The notes: a model not told the origin generated them from the sequence alone. A stretch of 64,000 bases of DNA from Octopus vulgaris (GCA_951406725.2 OX597828.1:35898001-35962000), one strand, 5' to 3'; positions 26,357 to 39,318 are shown, counted from the first letter of the stretch. Numbers and translations are program-made.

Positions 26357-26548
26357 ATAATACAATTTTATTGAACCTTCAGTTTTTTTTATATGCTAGA
26401 CCACTGGTGTGAAATCGATATTAATTAAATTAATATCTAATTTCTCACTCTCATTTTAAATTTACATATATATATGTAAATGGCGGTGCCCCAGCATGGC
26501 CACAGCTCATGAGCTGAAACTAGAATCAATCAATCAATCATATATATA

Positions 26549-26639
<91 letters not shown>

Positions 26640-26643
<4 letters not shown>

Positions 26644-26930
26644 GCACCCTTTTCAAGCCTAGCCAGGCTCATGGGCCCAGTTTCCCAGTTTATATGGCGT
26701 ATGCGTTCCCCCCAGCTGGATGGGACGCCAGTCCATCACAGCATTACTCAAGAAACAGGAAGAAAGAGTGATAGAAAGTTGGGGCAAAAGAGTACAACAG
26801 GGGTCGCCACCACCCCCTGCCGGAGCCTCATGGAGCTTTGGGTGTTTTCGCTCTCAATAAACACACACAATGCCCGGTCTGGGAATCGAAACCACGATCC
26901 TCCGACCACGAATCCGCTGCCCTAACCACA
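26640..26930 (-). mobile_element. tRNA-derived SINE (D-like)
   Basis: Minus strand GTGGTTAGGGCAGCGGATTCGTGGTCGGAGGATCGTGGTTTCGATTCCCAG tRNA-like head. Confidence 0.75.
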
Positions 26931-26956
26931 CATATATATATATATCCTTCACTTAA

Positions 26957-27230
26957 TTCAGACAAATTTACAACAGTTGTTTCAGTAAAATTTTAAACAG
27001 GTATGACATCAAACAGGTGAGATTTCATTCACTGAACATGACAAATCCAACATTGTTGGCAAGTCCAACTTATCCAATGATGTTGGATTCAACATGTTCA
27101 ATGTATGAAATCTCACCTGTTTGGATATTATCTATTTAAAATATTGTCTGAAGATGGTGGATTGTATGTTATGATGTAATATATGAATATGTCAATAAAA
27201 TTCTACAGAAATAACTGTCATAACTTTTAA
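26957..27230. repeat. Imperfect fold-back element with a degenerate hammerhead-like core; related to 53050-53145 and 53360-53420
   Basis: CAAACAGGTGAGATTTCAT / ATGAAATCTCACCTGTTTG arms; CTGAAGA...GAAATAACTGTC at about 27148-27220 with poor stem II. Confidence 0.55.
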
Positions 27231-27255
27231 CTGCCATCTGTGTTCTCTCTCTTTC

Positions 27256-27308
<53 letters not shown>

Positions 27309-27711
27309 AACAAGATGAGGGCAAATATCCATCGAATGTAAATAATGTAAACAATGTACATAATTCCTCATCTCTTAAATATAGAACTGTATTATCCATT
27401 TTGTTCTTTACTTTTGAAGACTGTAGAATGTGAATTGAGGTAGATTTGACTTCTATTTCTAGCAACTTAAAAAACTAGATAGAGCATTGCTTAAAGGCTT
27501 ATATAAGTATGTGCATGAGAGCCCATGCTTGCATTTGTGTGAGTGCACATGCATTTTTGTGTGTATGTTTGTGTGCACTTGGTGTTTTATAAGCAAGGTG
27601 ACATTTAACATGTGTCAAGTAATGTTTAAATGTTGTCTTATGGGAGGGACCACCTGCCAGGTGTATATATGTCTGCATGTATGAGAGAAGGTATATAAAT
27701 GTGTATGTGTG

Positions 27712-27743
<32 letters not shown>

Positions 27744-28670
27744 TGTAAATACATATATACATACATACATACATATATATATACACACACAGACACTCAC
27801 ATACTAAGATACATGCAGACATTTCACGGTTGGATACTTGACACCAAGTCTGAAAATAATCAAATTTCCTAGAACTGTGAGTTAATCCTCTGGGATCAAA
27901 AGGAGAAGGATAAAGGAAAGGTAGAAGAAGAGGAGGTAGAGTTGGAGACAAACAAATGTACAGACAAAAGGGTAGACAGCGAAACAAAGGGAAAGTAATA
28001 TAGAAAAAATGTACATGTGTATCCATTTGCATAGATACATACAAATATATATCTATGTATGTATATATATATTTATAAAAAGTGTAGGTTACCACCATGG
28101 TCACTACTACTACTCCGACCAACGGTCTCTACTACTACTGTTATTACACCTAATGGTCACTTTCACTATTACAGCCAACGATTCTAGTCAACACGCAAGA
28201 CACCCATTAAGTTCACACACACAAAACACCACCACGTGGACTCTGTTGAGACTAGTAAGAAACAATTATGAACTTTTCTATTATTACACTTAACTTTTAA
28301 AAATATATATTTTTGATAAGGTTCGTATTTTCAAGAAGAACTGGAACATGTAAAATCTCTCAGAAAACTAAAATTTATCTTATATAGTGGCGTTTCCAAA
28401 CTTCTTTTTTAAATGTGTGTATGTATATATATATATACTGGGTCCAACCCATGCCAGCATGGAAAGCAGATGTTAAATGGTGATGATGATAGTCAACCCT
28501 TAAATAATGCAGTTCTTTCAATTGCATGAACTAAAAGCTGGAGGGGGATGGGATAATCTACCTGCATCAACTTGCTATAAAAGCAGGTAGTAATTTTACC
28601 TTATACTTATTCTTAGTGCAAGTTTTGAAGAATGCAATTCGAATTTAACAGTTATTTTTTCAAAGCTGTA

Positions 28671-29110
28671 ATGGAAGTGACAAAGGAGTATATTCAGCAT
28701 ATTTTGCTTCATGAGTTCAATAAAGACACCAATGCAATGGAAAGCGTGAGGAATATTAATGCAGTGTATGTGGATTGGACAATAAGCATAAGCCAGTGTC
28801 AACAGTGGAAACTAAGCTGGAAACTACAGCCTAGAAGACAATCCTCATCCTGGAAGATCTAAAGAGCTCAAGGAGGACATCCAGCAAAACCTGGTGGAAC
28901 AAAATCCCATCGTAACTGTTGAGGGACTAGCAGAGAAGCTTAGATTTGGTCATTCAACCATTCATCGACACCAGTATGCCATTGATAAAGTCAGCAAATT
29001 GGGTCAATAGGTTCTTCACAAACTTCCAAGTCTAATCTCACGGGTGAACCTTTTTGGACTGAATAGTGACTGGTGACAAGAAATAGGTTCTCAATAAAAA
29101 TGTCAAGTAC
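28671..29110 (+). pseudogene. Mariner transposase fragment
   Basis: MEVTKEYIQHILLHEFNK...VRNINAVY; SLEDNPHPGRS; LAEKL...HSTIHRH; KLGQ*VLHKL (WVPHEL); IVTGDKK* (IVTGDEKW); frameshifts and stops. Confidence 0.9.
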
Positions 29111-29537
29111 CAAAATGTCAAGCCTCTATGTTCTAATTTAGCATGTTGGTAGAGCACTGATGAGCTTTTCTCCTCTTTGAACTCCCACAAGTGCTCATCT
29201 ATCTGCTCCCCTATGCTACCTGCTGTCTCCCCAATATAAGTTGTTGTCTTGCTTCTGCACTATCTCTCAGCACATCACATATATACAGGCTACATAAACA
29301 AACTACATAAACAAAAGGCACCAAAACCATTCAGAAATTAAATAACACTAACATATTTTTACAGTATATATAGATTATATATACATATTATCAATTTAAA
29401 GCATACTTACATATATACATACATCTATACATTGATCTAAAACAACAGGGATACTAAAGGGAGGCCAGATTTAAGAGAAGAGAAAACCAAAAGGTCTCAT
29501 GCTATTCATTTAAAGATTCCTGAGTAGAACTTATCAT

Positions 29538-29872
29538 TATTACCTCCACCATTGAAACCATTTTGAATGGTGAATTTGTTGACTTTGGCTTGTATTAGAT
29601 AAACTATTTATTACTGTTACTAAATTTTCTACAGCTACCTTCACATTCCATGACTACCATTGGAATCGACCAGGTACCGGACTAGGATTCTGGATTATTT
29701 TTCCGGCTTTTTACTTAATTTTTGATAGCAGTCGGGTTCATTTTTGATATTCTTGTTTGTGAGAGCAGTTGAGTTTATTTCAGATATTCTCATATTAAAA
29801 ATCATCTCTGGCTAATCATCAAGAGGACGTTGGTGTTGCCTTGGTAGAGGTTTGTGCTCTCTGAGTGCTTTT
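29538..29872. mobile_element. Non-autonomous element with subterminal inverted motifs adjoining (TTA)n, possibly Crypton-like
   Basis: TTATTACCTCCACCA ... TGGTAGAGGTTTGTGCTCTCTGAGTGCTTT; family call from recollection only. Confidence 0.35.
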
Positions 29873-29888
29873 GTTGTTGTTATTATTA

Positions 29889-29937
<49 letters not shown>

Positions 29938-29939
<2 letters not shown>

Positions 29940-30125
29940 GCTGGCAGAATCATTAGAGTACTAGGCAAAATGCTTAGTGGCTTCACCCATCCTGATGTTC
30001 TGAGTTCAAATTCTGCAGAGGTCAACTTTGCCTTTCATCCTTTCAGGATTGAGCATTGGGGGGGGGCATATAATTGACTAGTCCCCTCCCCAAAATTACA
30101 AGCCTTGTACCTATAACAGAAAGGA

Positions 30126-30162
<37 letters not shown>

Positions 30163-30360
30163 GGTGGTGAGCTGACAGAATTGTTAGCATGCTGGGAGAA
30201 ATGATATCTTTACATTCTGAGTTCAATTTCCACAGGAGTCAACTTTGCCTTTCATCCTTTCGGAGTCAATAAATTAGGTACCAGTGAAATATTGGGGTTT
30301 ATTTGATCAATTAATCCTCTCCTCCAAATTTTCAGGCCTTGTGCCTTTATTAGAAAGGAT
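29938..30360 (+). mobile_element. Two tandem SINE family C copies separated by (TTA)n
   Basis: Both carry CTGAGTTCAA...AACTTTGCCTTTCATCCTTTC. Confidence 0.8.
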
Positions 30361-30626
30361 TATCATAATTCCATCCAACTCATGTCAGTATGGAAAACAG
30401 ACATTAAACAACGATGGTATTATTATCATTATTATTATTATTATTAAAACAGTCAGTTGGCAGTATTGTGGGAGCATCAGAACAAATGCTAAAGTCCAGC
30501 CAAGGTCAATTTTTGACTTTAATCCTTTCAAGGTGGTACAAGCCAAACACTGGGGAAGTGGGGTTTGTTAAGGTGATCCAGAATTGCTGGCTTTGTGCCA
30601 AAATTAGAAACATTATTATTATTTTT

Positions 30627-30682
<56 letters not shown>

Positions 30683-31342
30683 CATAAATTATTTGTAAAC
30701 ATACTGACATATAAAAGTGGAATCAAATAATGCAGAATGTAATAGGTGACACTATGTTGACCAGGTGCCAAAATTCCTATCACCACCTGGTTCTTCCTGG
30801 TTCTTTTTCTGAAACCATGGAATATAAGATTGTATACTTCTATTGTCAATCATTTACTATTTATACATACATACATACATACATACATACATGTATATAT
30901 CTATATATACATATATGTGGGTGTATGTGTGGGCATATGTCACAACAGGGAAGTCTGTGTGGCAGCCAGCATACAGTGAGGATATAATACACACACACAC
31001 ATGTATATACACTTATGTACTCGCACACTCATAGGCACATACACAATACCCCCACAATGCCAAATCTGAGACAGGGACCTCGTGTTATTCGGTACAAAGA
31101 ATAAAAAAGCTGATCACTTCCCATTTCCTTCTTTTTGGTACAAATTGCATTGAACATTCAATAGACTTATACACAGACTGCCAATGTATATATATATCAT
31201 ATATATTATTATTATTATTATCATTATTATTATTCTTGTTGTTATTATTATTAAGTTTGAACACGAAGAGATCTAATGGACACAAATTAATTTATTAAAT
31301 AATTCATTTTATTATTATTATTATTATTATTATCATTATTAT

Positions 31343-31897
31343 TGAGTGAGAGAGCGGTTCATGCCATCAAAGTGACACTGGGGTAAAATATACGAAGCCC
31401 AATATACCCATCATGACTACCCGTCTGATAAGGGTACACCAGGCACATGCATCACAACCATATGTGCGCGACATGGTGATCTCATATCAAGGTAAACAGC
31501 GCATCACCTTGCAGGTGGGGCCCAGTTAGAATTTTCTTCAGGTTGAGTAGCCCATCCCGCTCAAAAGGTCCCTGAATAAGGGTTGTTTAAGGATGTTGAA
31601 AGAACCACCCATGTTTCCAGAGGTGAATTATTCAAACCCCAAAGAATCCCTCTCAACACATGGCTATGATGCTCCCCCACTACTTCTGCTCGTGATCAGA
31701 GATGCACATATCGTCAGCCACTAAGGGACATGCTCAACTGGTTAAGGTCAAACAACTGACAAGCAAATCTGTGGTATTGAGCAGAATATTTGCTGTAGCC
31801 CATCTTTTATACCAAGACCAAACAATGTACATGATAACACTTCCAATCAGTTAAGATCAAAAGACATGAGAGCCACTGCCTGGTACTGTATCAGGGC

Positions 31898-31898
<1 letters not shown>
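31343..31898 (-). mobile_element. Non-coding insert precisely within (TTA)n, probable 3' region of a TAA-targeting LINE
   Basis: Complex sequence bounded by (TTA)n on both sides; R4/Dong link is inference. Confidence 0.45.
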
Positions 31899-31937
<39 letters not shown>

Positions 31938-31944
31938 GCATGTA

Positions 31945-32359
31945 ATCCATGCCAGTGGCACGCAATCCTAGCCGGTGGCACGTAAAGAGCACCATTCGAC
32001 CGTGATCGTTACCTGCGTTGCCTTACTGGCTCTTGTGCTGGTGACACATGAAAAAACATTCGAGCGAGGTCGTTGCCAGTGTCACTGGACTGACTCCTGT
32101 GCAGGTGGCACATAAAAAGAACTATTTGAGCGTGACTGTTGCCAGTACCGCCTGACTGGCCCTCGTGCCAGTGGCACATAAAAGCGCCCACTACACTCTC
32201 GGAGTGGTTGGCGTTAGGAAGGGCATCTGGCTGTAGAAACTCTGCCAGATCAGATTGGAGCCTGGTGCAGCCATCTGGTTTGCCAGACCTCAGGCAAATT
32301 GTCCAACCCATGCTAGCATGGAAAGCAGACATTATACGATGATGAACATGATGATGATG

Positions 32360-32360
<1 letters not shown>
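31945..32360 (+). mobile_element. Family B RTE-tail repeat
   Basis: GTGGCAC.TAAAA subrepeats and (GAT)n end. Confidence 0.85.
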
Positions 32361-32424
<64 letters not shown>

Positions 32425-32447
32425 CATCATTATTATTATTATTACTA

Positions 32448-32596
32448 TTATTAAGTTTGAAAACGGAGAGATCTAATGGATACAAATTAATTTATTAATT
32501 AATTAACATATTCACCTGCATTTTTTTTCATTTAACAACCAAAATTAAAACATTAATTGGTATCCATTAGATCTCTCCGTTTTCAAACTTAATAAT
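32448..32596. repeat. Inverted repeat (~45-bp arms); left arm also at 31247-31300
   Basis: TTATTAAGTTTGAAAACGGAGAGATCTAATGGATAC / GTATCCATTAGATCTCTCCGTTTTCAAACTTAATAA. Confidence 0.9.
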
Positions 32597-32695
32597 ATCT
32601 GATATTTTATATGACACATTCATAATACAATATATTAAACCTATGTATCTTGGATAAAAATATCCCTACAAGAGATCTAAATATCCTCACTGTGA

Positions 32696-32780
<85 letters not shown>

Positions 32781-32791
32781 TACACTGATAC

Positions 32792-32834
<43 letters not shown>

Positions 32835-32864
32835 GGACAAAAGCAACAAGAATGGATCAATATA

Positions 32865-32949
32865 TCGGTACAATGGTTTCGTACGAAGACATCTTTAATA
32901 AGGCTACAAAAATTGCAGTAAATATAGATGGCTCATACTCATCAGCCGA
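32865..32949 (-). ncRNA. Type I hammerhead ribozyme motif
   Basis: Minus strand TCGG-CTGATGA-GTATGAG..TTCGTAC-GAAA-CCATTG-TA-CCGA. Confidence 0.75.
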
Positions 32950-33248
32950 AAAAACATCCGAGATATGGACAAACACATATTCTGTGAGTACGATACCTCT
33001 CATCAGACCTTCAGGAATCAAACTTTCTTCAATACGGATAAATTCACACCCTCACTTTTATCTTCACTTTCTGGAAAACTAAGATGTTTTGAAAAAACTT
33101 TTTAATAACCTGATATATGACTGTGTAATACTAATTGAAATCTTAGAAACCAATTTGTTATCTAAATTCTCATTTTTATAGAACTTTCCATGATGTTTCA
33201 TGAGTGTAGCATTACCCCCTTTGATGTTTGGGAATCTCGGATGTTTTT

Positions 33249-33333
33249 TCGGCTGATGAGTACGAGCCATCTATATTTACTGCAATTTTTGTAGCCTTAT
33301 TAAAGATGTCTTCGTACGAAACAATTGTACCGA
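33249..33333 (+). ncRNA. Type I hammerhead ribozyme motif
   Basis: TCGG-CTGATGA-GTACGAG..TTCGTAC-GAAA-CAATTG-TA-CCGA. Confidence 0.85.
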
Positions 33334-33486
33334 TATATTGATCCATTCTTGTTGCTTTTTTTCCTATTTGTAATCACCCCACTTTATCGTATGGTTAACA
33401 CCATATAGATTTCTGGTGCACCCAAGTCAAGTACCATATTCATGTGAATTCAATAGAACTCACTTGAATCTTAATTGCTTATAACC

Positions 33487-33537
<51 letters not shown>

Positions 33538-33599
33538 TTTATATATATATACATATTTATATATATATATAGGCCTGACTGCTGCTGAACACCAACCCT

Positions 33600-34045
33600 T
33601 CTTATGTTCATCTCCTATGTTCCTGCCTTTAGGCTTTCACTTCATACACGCCAGCTCAATTTGATTCTTTCTCAGCCGAAAGACACCTGTGGTTATTTCT
33701 TGTTGTTTGTATTCGTAACTGTGTACCATGTTCCCCGTATTTTTTTTTTGCTTTTTGGGGTTTTTTTTGTCTTTGTTGCTGTACGCATTCACTAACTTTC
33801 TTACAAAGGGGTCTAATGCTCTGAGCTTAGACTTTTTGAGGGGCAACCAGATCGAACTATCTCAAGCATAACGGTCCGAAATAGTCGTGACTGCTGGAAC
33901 TTGACTGAGGAAAGAAGGCCATGAATGTTCCGTCTTTTTTTGCCTGTCCTTCTAATTGTTGTTTCTGTTATCTGCCATTGTATTGTCCATTTGTCCAAAT
34001 GTTGTAATGTACTCTATTGCGTTTTTGTTCCATTTTTAAATTTGT
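33600..34045 (+). mobile_element. (TA)n-flanked repeat, relative of 11850-12197
   Basis: Shared blocks in opposite orientation. Confidence 0.6.
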
Positions 34046-34060
34046 ATACATATATATATA

Positions 34061-34266
34061 GTTAATCCAAACATGAAAACACAAAGGGAAAACACAACAA
34101 CGCGAGGACGTGGAACAAATATAGTATTATTGGATGCTCAGGAAGGAAGGGAAGAAGGAGGGTTTTACGTTTCGAGCGGAGCTCTTTGTCAGAAACATAG
34201 GAAAAGGAAAGATCCAGAGGAGGGAAGACGTAGGAAAAAAATCGCCAACGGTACTCACGCGGTCAC

Positions 34267-34267
<1 letters not shown>
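34061..34267 (-). mobile_element. ~205-bp (TA)n-embedded element with an ultra-minimal hammerhead-like motif (34162-34196)
   Basis: Minus strand GTTT-CTGACAA-A-GAGC tcc GCTC-GAAA-CG-TA-AAAC; second copy at 35430-35635. Confidence 0.7.
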
Positions 34268-34317
<50 letters not shown>

Positions 34318-34325
<8 letters not shown>

Positions 34326-34510
34326 ATATTTCAGAATGGTCATATTGCCAGTTTAGCCAATAAAAACACACGCACTATATATTTGGTGTTATTTTGCTTC
34401 AGTGTTATTTATTTTTTACATTAATCTTAATCTTATTTCGGCCAAATATATAGTGCGTGTGTTTTTATTGGGTAAACTGGCAATATGACCATTCCGAAAT
34501 ATAACAATAT
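34318..34510. repeat. ~68-bp inverted repeat pair between (TA)n tracts
   Basis: ATATTGTTATATTTCAGAATGGTCATATTGCCAGTTTA... and inverse at 34442-34510. Confidence 0.92.
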
Positions 34511-34559
34511 CTGTTTCAACACACGACTTCACATAAAAATCTTGCACAACAAATATTTA

Positions 34560-34609
<50 letters not shown>

Positions 34610-34863
34610 AATATATATGTGTGTGTGTGTGTGTGTACATATTTATATGGTCATGAGACAGCCACACCTAAATGTGTTTTCCTTGTCGGTATAAATAGAC
34701 TATCACAAAAAGGGTATGATGTTAGAGGAAGAAAGAGTTCCTGACAATCACCCTAAAAATAACTTACTAAAGAAACAACATTCTGAGAAAACTTCCTGAC
34801 AGGTATGTCAATAGTCATACACACACACATATTTGTATATATACACATACATAAAATAACATG

Positions 34864-34923
<60 letters not shown>

Positions 34924-34950
34924 CACACACATACATATATGTATGTAAGC

Positions 34951-34986
<36 letters not shown>

Positions 34987-35029
34987 GAATAATAAAAAAA
35001 AAGGAAGTTCTTGATACAGTATTGTATAA

Positions 35030-35208
35030 TGAAAAATATGAGTAGAGAAGGCATTTTTGGGGAATAATTTTCATTTTAATAATGTTTACACTGAGTTACT
35101 CTAGCATGAACTTCAAAAGCTTGGACTTCATACCAAAGTAACTCACTGTAAATAATATTATTAAAATAAAAATTATTCCCCAAAAAAGCCATCTCTAACC
35201 ATTTTTTT
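35030..35208. repeat. Imperfect palindrome
   Basis: TTTTTGGGGAATAATTTT / AAAATTATTCCCCAAAAA; GAGTTACT / AGTAACTC. Confidence 0.8.
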
Positions 35209-35236
35209 CAAGTATGTATGTATGTATGTATATAGG

Positions 35237-35395
35237 TGGTGGAGTGGCTGTGCGGTAAGTTGCTGGCTTACCAACTACATAGTTCCAGGTTCAGTCCCAC
35301 TGCGTGGCACCTTGGGCATGTGTGTCTTCTACTATAGCCTCAGGCTGACCAAAGCCTTGTGAGTGGATTTGGTAGATGGAAACTGTATAAAGCCT

Positions 35396-35433
<38 letters not shown>

Positions 35434-35856
35434 ATCCAAAAATGAAAACACAAAGAGAAAACACAACACAAGAACGTGGAACAAGTATAGTGTTATTGGA
35501 CGCTCAGGAAAGGAAAGAAAGAAGGAGGATTTAACGTTTCAAGCAGAGCTCTTCGTCAGAAACATGGGAAAAGGAAAGATCCAAGGAAGGGAAGACGGAG
35601 AAAAAAAATCGCCAACGCTACACACGCGGTCACGTATATGCTTGAGTGTCTGTATTTGTCCCCCCACCCCACCATCGCTTGACAACCGACGCTGGTGCAT
35701 TTACGTCCCAGTAACTTAGCGATTCAACAAAAGAGACTAAAAGAATAAGTACTAGGCTTACAAAGAATAAATCTTGGGATCGATTAACTCAACTCAAAGC
35801 AGTGCTCCAGCATGGCTGCAGTTAAATGACTAAAGCAAGTAAAAGAATAAAAGAAT
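35237..35856 (+). mobile_element. SINE family A interrupted in its central (TA)n by the 35430-35635 element
   Basis: Head 35237-35400, tail 35640-35856. Confidence 0.85.
35430..35635 (-). mobile_element. Second copy of the ~205-bp hammerhead-like element (motif 35529-35563)
   Basis: Minus strand GTTT-CTGACGA-A-GAGC tct GCTT-GAAA-CG-TT-AAAT. Confidence 0.7.
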
Positions 35857-35916
35857 ATATATATACATACTTATACATATATATATATATACACACACAC
35901 ACATATATATATAATA

Positions 35917-35987
<71 letters not shown>

Positions 35988-36006
35988 AATATATGTGACA
36001 ATATGC

Positions 36007-36167
36007 ATAGGAGTGGCTGTGTGGTAAGTAGATTGCTTACGAACCACATGGTTCTGGGTTCAGTCCCACTGTGTGGCACCTTGGGCAAGTGTCTTCTACT
36101 GTGGCCAACCAAAGCCTTGTGAGTGGATTTGGTAGACTGAAACTGAAAGAAGCCCGCCGTATATATG

Positions 36168-36198
<31 letters not shown>

Positions 36199-36460
36199 GT
36201 GTGTCTGTGTGTATGTGTTTGTGTGTATGTGTTTGTGTGTCTGTGTTTGTGTGTCTGTGTTTGCCCCCCCCCCCCCAACATCGCTTGACAACCAATGCTG
36301 GTGTGTTTACGTCCCTGTAACTTAGCGATTCGGCAAAAGAGACAGATAGAATAAGTACTAGGCGTACAACAAATAAGTTCTTGGGTCAATTTTTTTGACT
36401 AAAGGCGGTACTCCAGCATGGCCACAGTCAAATGACTGAAACAAGTAAAAGACTAAAAGA
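36007..36460 (+). mobile_element. SINE family A
   Basis: Full head and tail. Confidence 0.9.
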
Positions 36461-36548
36461 GTAATTATTCATTCTCGTTCATTCTTTTGTTGTCTTACCA
36501 TTACTATTAATATATTTATATACATACATATATATATATATATATATC

Positions 36549-36848
36549 AATAATAAAGGGTGAAATTAATTAATTTAGAAATAATCATTAATTTCACCAA
36601 GTAGAGTTCAGCATGTAAAAGACCCATTCAAGGAAGGTTTAAGTAATACTAAGTAATTAAGGGTTTAGCAACAATTTGCCTCACCACACACCGAATTTAG
36701 AAATAGCAGTCAAAAAGTTTTGGCTATTCTTTCTACTTAAAAGGGAGATCCCAGTAAAACCAAAGCACTTAAAAAGCAAACAACGCAGGTAAAAGAGAAA
36801 GAAATGACGAAAATCATTCTATATTAAGTTACCTACGGACGTACCTTA
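36549..36848. mobile_element. (TA)n-flanked AT-rich repeat; relatives at 38947-39225, 26390-26460 and 59525-59592
   Basis: Shared AATAAAG.GT.AAATTAATTAAT...ACCAAGTAG...AATTTAGAAATAGCAGT. Confidence 0.6.
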
Positions 36849-36852
36849 TATA

Positions 36853-36895
<43 letters not shown>

Positions 36896-36984
36896 ACATA
36901 CATACACACCTAAAAGAATTATAGATGTATATTTGTACATTCAGTTTCATTGATTACCCTAAACTTTACCTAAGAAATCATAAT

Positions 36985-37431
36985 CTTTTACTTGTTTCAG
37001 TCATTGGGCTGTGACCATGCTGGGGCACCCCCTTGAAGAATTTGAGCTGAACAAATCAACCACAGTACTTAATAATTGGTTTTATTTTTAAGCTTGGTAC
37101 TTAATCCATTGGTCTCTTATGTTGAGATGCTAAGTTACAGGGATGTAAACATACCAACACTGGTTGTCAAGAAGTGGTAAGGGACAAACAGTCACACACA
37201 CACACACACAACCACACAATCATTTTATTAATATTTAGTAGAAGCGACAAAGTGAATCAAGTGTCAAAATTTTTGTATGTTAGCATCTATATATATATAT
37301 AGGCTTGAAATTTGGGGGGAGGGGGCGAGTCAATGAGATTAACCCCAGTATGCAACAGGTACTTAATTTATTGACCCTGAAAGGATGAAATGCAAAGTCG
37401 ACCTCGGGGGAATTTGAAATCAGAACGTGTG

Positions 37432-37469
<38 letters not shown>

Positions 37470-37612
37470 ACAGGCTTCTTTCAGTTTCCTTCTACTAAAT
37501 GCACTCCCAATGTTTTAATCAGCCTGTGGCTATAGTAGAAGACACTTACCCAAGTGACTGACCCCAGAACCATCTCGTTGGGAAGCGAATTTCTTATCAC
37601 ACGCCCATGCCT
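36985..37612 (-). mobile_element. Diverged SINE family A with a nested family C fragment (37300-37427)
   Basis: Tail 36985-37200, head 37470-37612. Confidence 0.7.
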
Positions 37613-37662
37613 GTTACCTTTTTTTCTGTTTCATTGCTTTTAGTTAACATTTATTGAAACAT

Positions 37663-37880
37663 TAAGGTGGAGAGCTGGCAGAAACGTTAGCACACCAGGC
37701 AAAATGCTTAGTGGTGTTTCGTCTGTCTTTACGTTCTGAGTTCAAATTCCCCCGAAGTCGACTTTGCATTTCATCCTTTCAGGGTCAATAAATTAAGTAC
37801 CTGTTGCATACTGGGGTTAATCTCATCGACTGCCCCCCCTCCCCAAAAATTTCAGGCCTTGTGCTTAGAGTAGAAAAGTA
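37663..37880 (+). mobile_element. SINE family C
   Basis: Matches 61422 consensus. Confidence 0.87.
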
Positions 37881-38900
37881 TTAAACATGATATTTCATTT
37901 CATATATTTGCAATGTTCTCATAGAGTCTGTGTTATCATTGTGTACAAGTCACATATTTGCCAGTCAATAAAGCAATTCAAAATATCATTTGTTTAATTA
38001 ATTTGACACTTATTTATGATACCAAAATACCATACTGGCATTTTTTTTCTCTAACTTGTATTCATCGCAAACACAAACACCAAAAAAAACACACACACAG
38101 TGTGTGCATGTGTGTGTGTGTCTGTGTGTGTGTTTGTAAGTGTGTGTTTAACCGGTGCTACTATGGCAATGGATCAAAGAATAAACAAATATGTATGGAT
38201 CAAAGAATAAACAAACACATATGTGTGAATATGTGTGTGCATATATGCATGTGTATGTGTGTGTGTGTGTATACCATCATCATCATCATCATTTCTTGTC
38301 CTATTTTCACTGCTAGCGTAGGTTGGTCAGTTCGACATGAACTGACAAGCCAGAGTTGCACTGAGCTTCATTCTCTGTTTTGACATGGCTTCAACAGCTA
38401 GATTATACTTCCTAATGCCAACCATTTCACAGAGTGTACTGGGAGCGTTTCCCATGGCACGAGCACTGTTAAGGTCACCAAGTACACACAATGCAAAAAC
38501 ACCTCATCTGAGTGGGAGGATGCATTATGTTACCTTCTCATGTCACGCCAATTTATAAGGGCTAGTTTTCCGGTTTCCATGGCAAATAAATTCCACACTT
38601 GGACAAGATACTGGTCCAGTATAGAATTACACATTTTTGCCAGCTGAGTGGACTTCACAGGATTTCTTGTAAATTCACGTAAATAAAACAATGAATCAAT
38701 GAATCGAGGGACGTTACTCTTGAATGACATCTTTTGGATCCCGTGAAGGAAGCGAGACTTTTTTCCAAAATGGAGGCAAACATCTAACTCCATGTGATCG
38801 GCCTGAAAAATTGTTAAGACATCATAATATTTTCCTACTTTTCTTAACAAGAAAACAATGATAGCACTAATTCACAAATAAACCATATATATATATATAA

Positions 38901-38950
<50 letters not shown>

Positions 38951-39239
38951 AAGCGTAAAATTAATTAATCAATTAATAATTAATAATTTTACCAAGTAGT
39001 TCGGTATGTTAAAAAAACCATTATCGGTAACCTTATACAAAAATTCTATAATTATAAGCATAATTATAATTAGGGTTCAGCAAAATTGCTTCATCACATA
39101 CAGAAATTTAGAAATAGCAGTTAAATACTATTCCACTACCATAAGATATCTGCTGGTTTAAAGCTTTTATGATACTTTAACTAGGCATATCTATAAAACA
39201 CACTATGTATCTCCAAACAATCTTTGTTTATGCATATAT

Positions 39240-39318
<79 letters not shown>

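Larger units (their letters stand above)
32832..33367. mobile_element. Fold-back element between (TA)n tracts: ~133-bp inverted arms (32832-32964 / 33234-33367), each with a hammerhead; Penelope-like pLTR derivative
   Basis: Arms differ at a few positions; PLE assignment is inference. Confidence 0.75.

Noticed and set aside
38530-38850. 106-aa ORF of ordinary composition
   Set aside because: No recognisable motif or splice support; its 3' part runs into a SINE fragment
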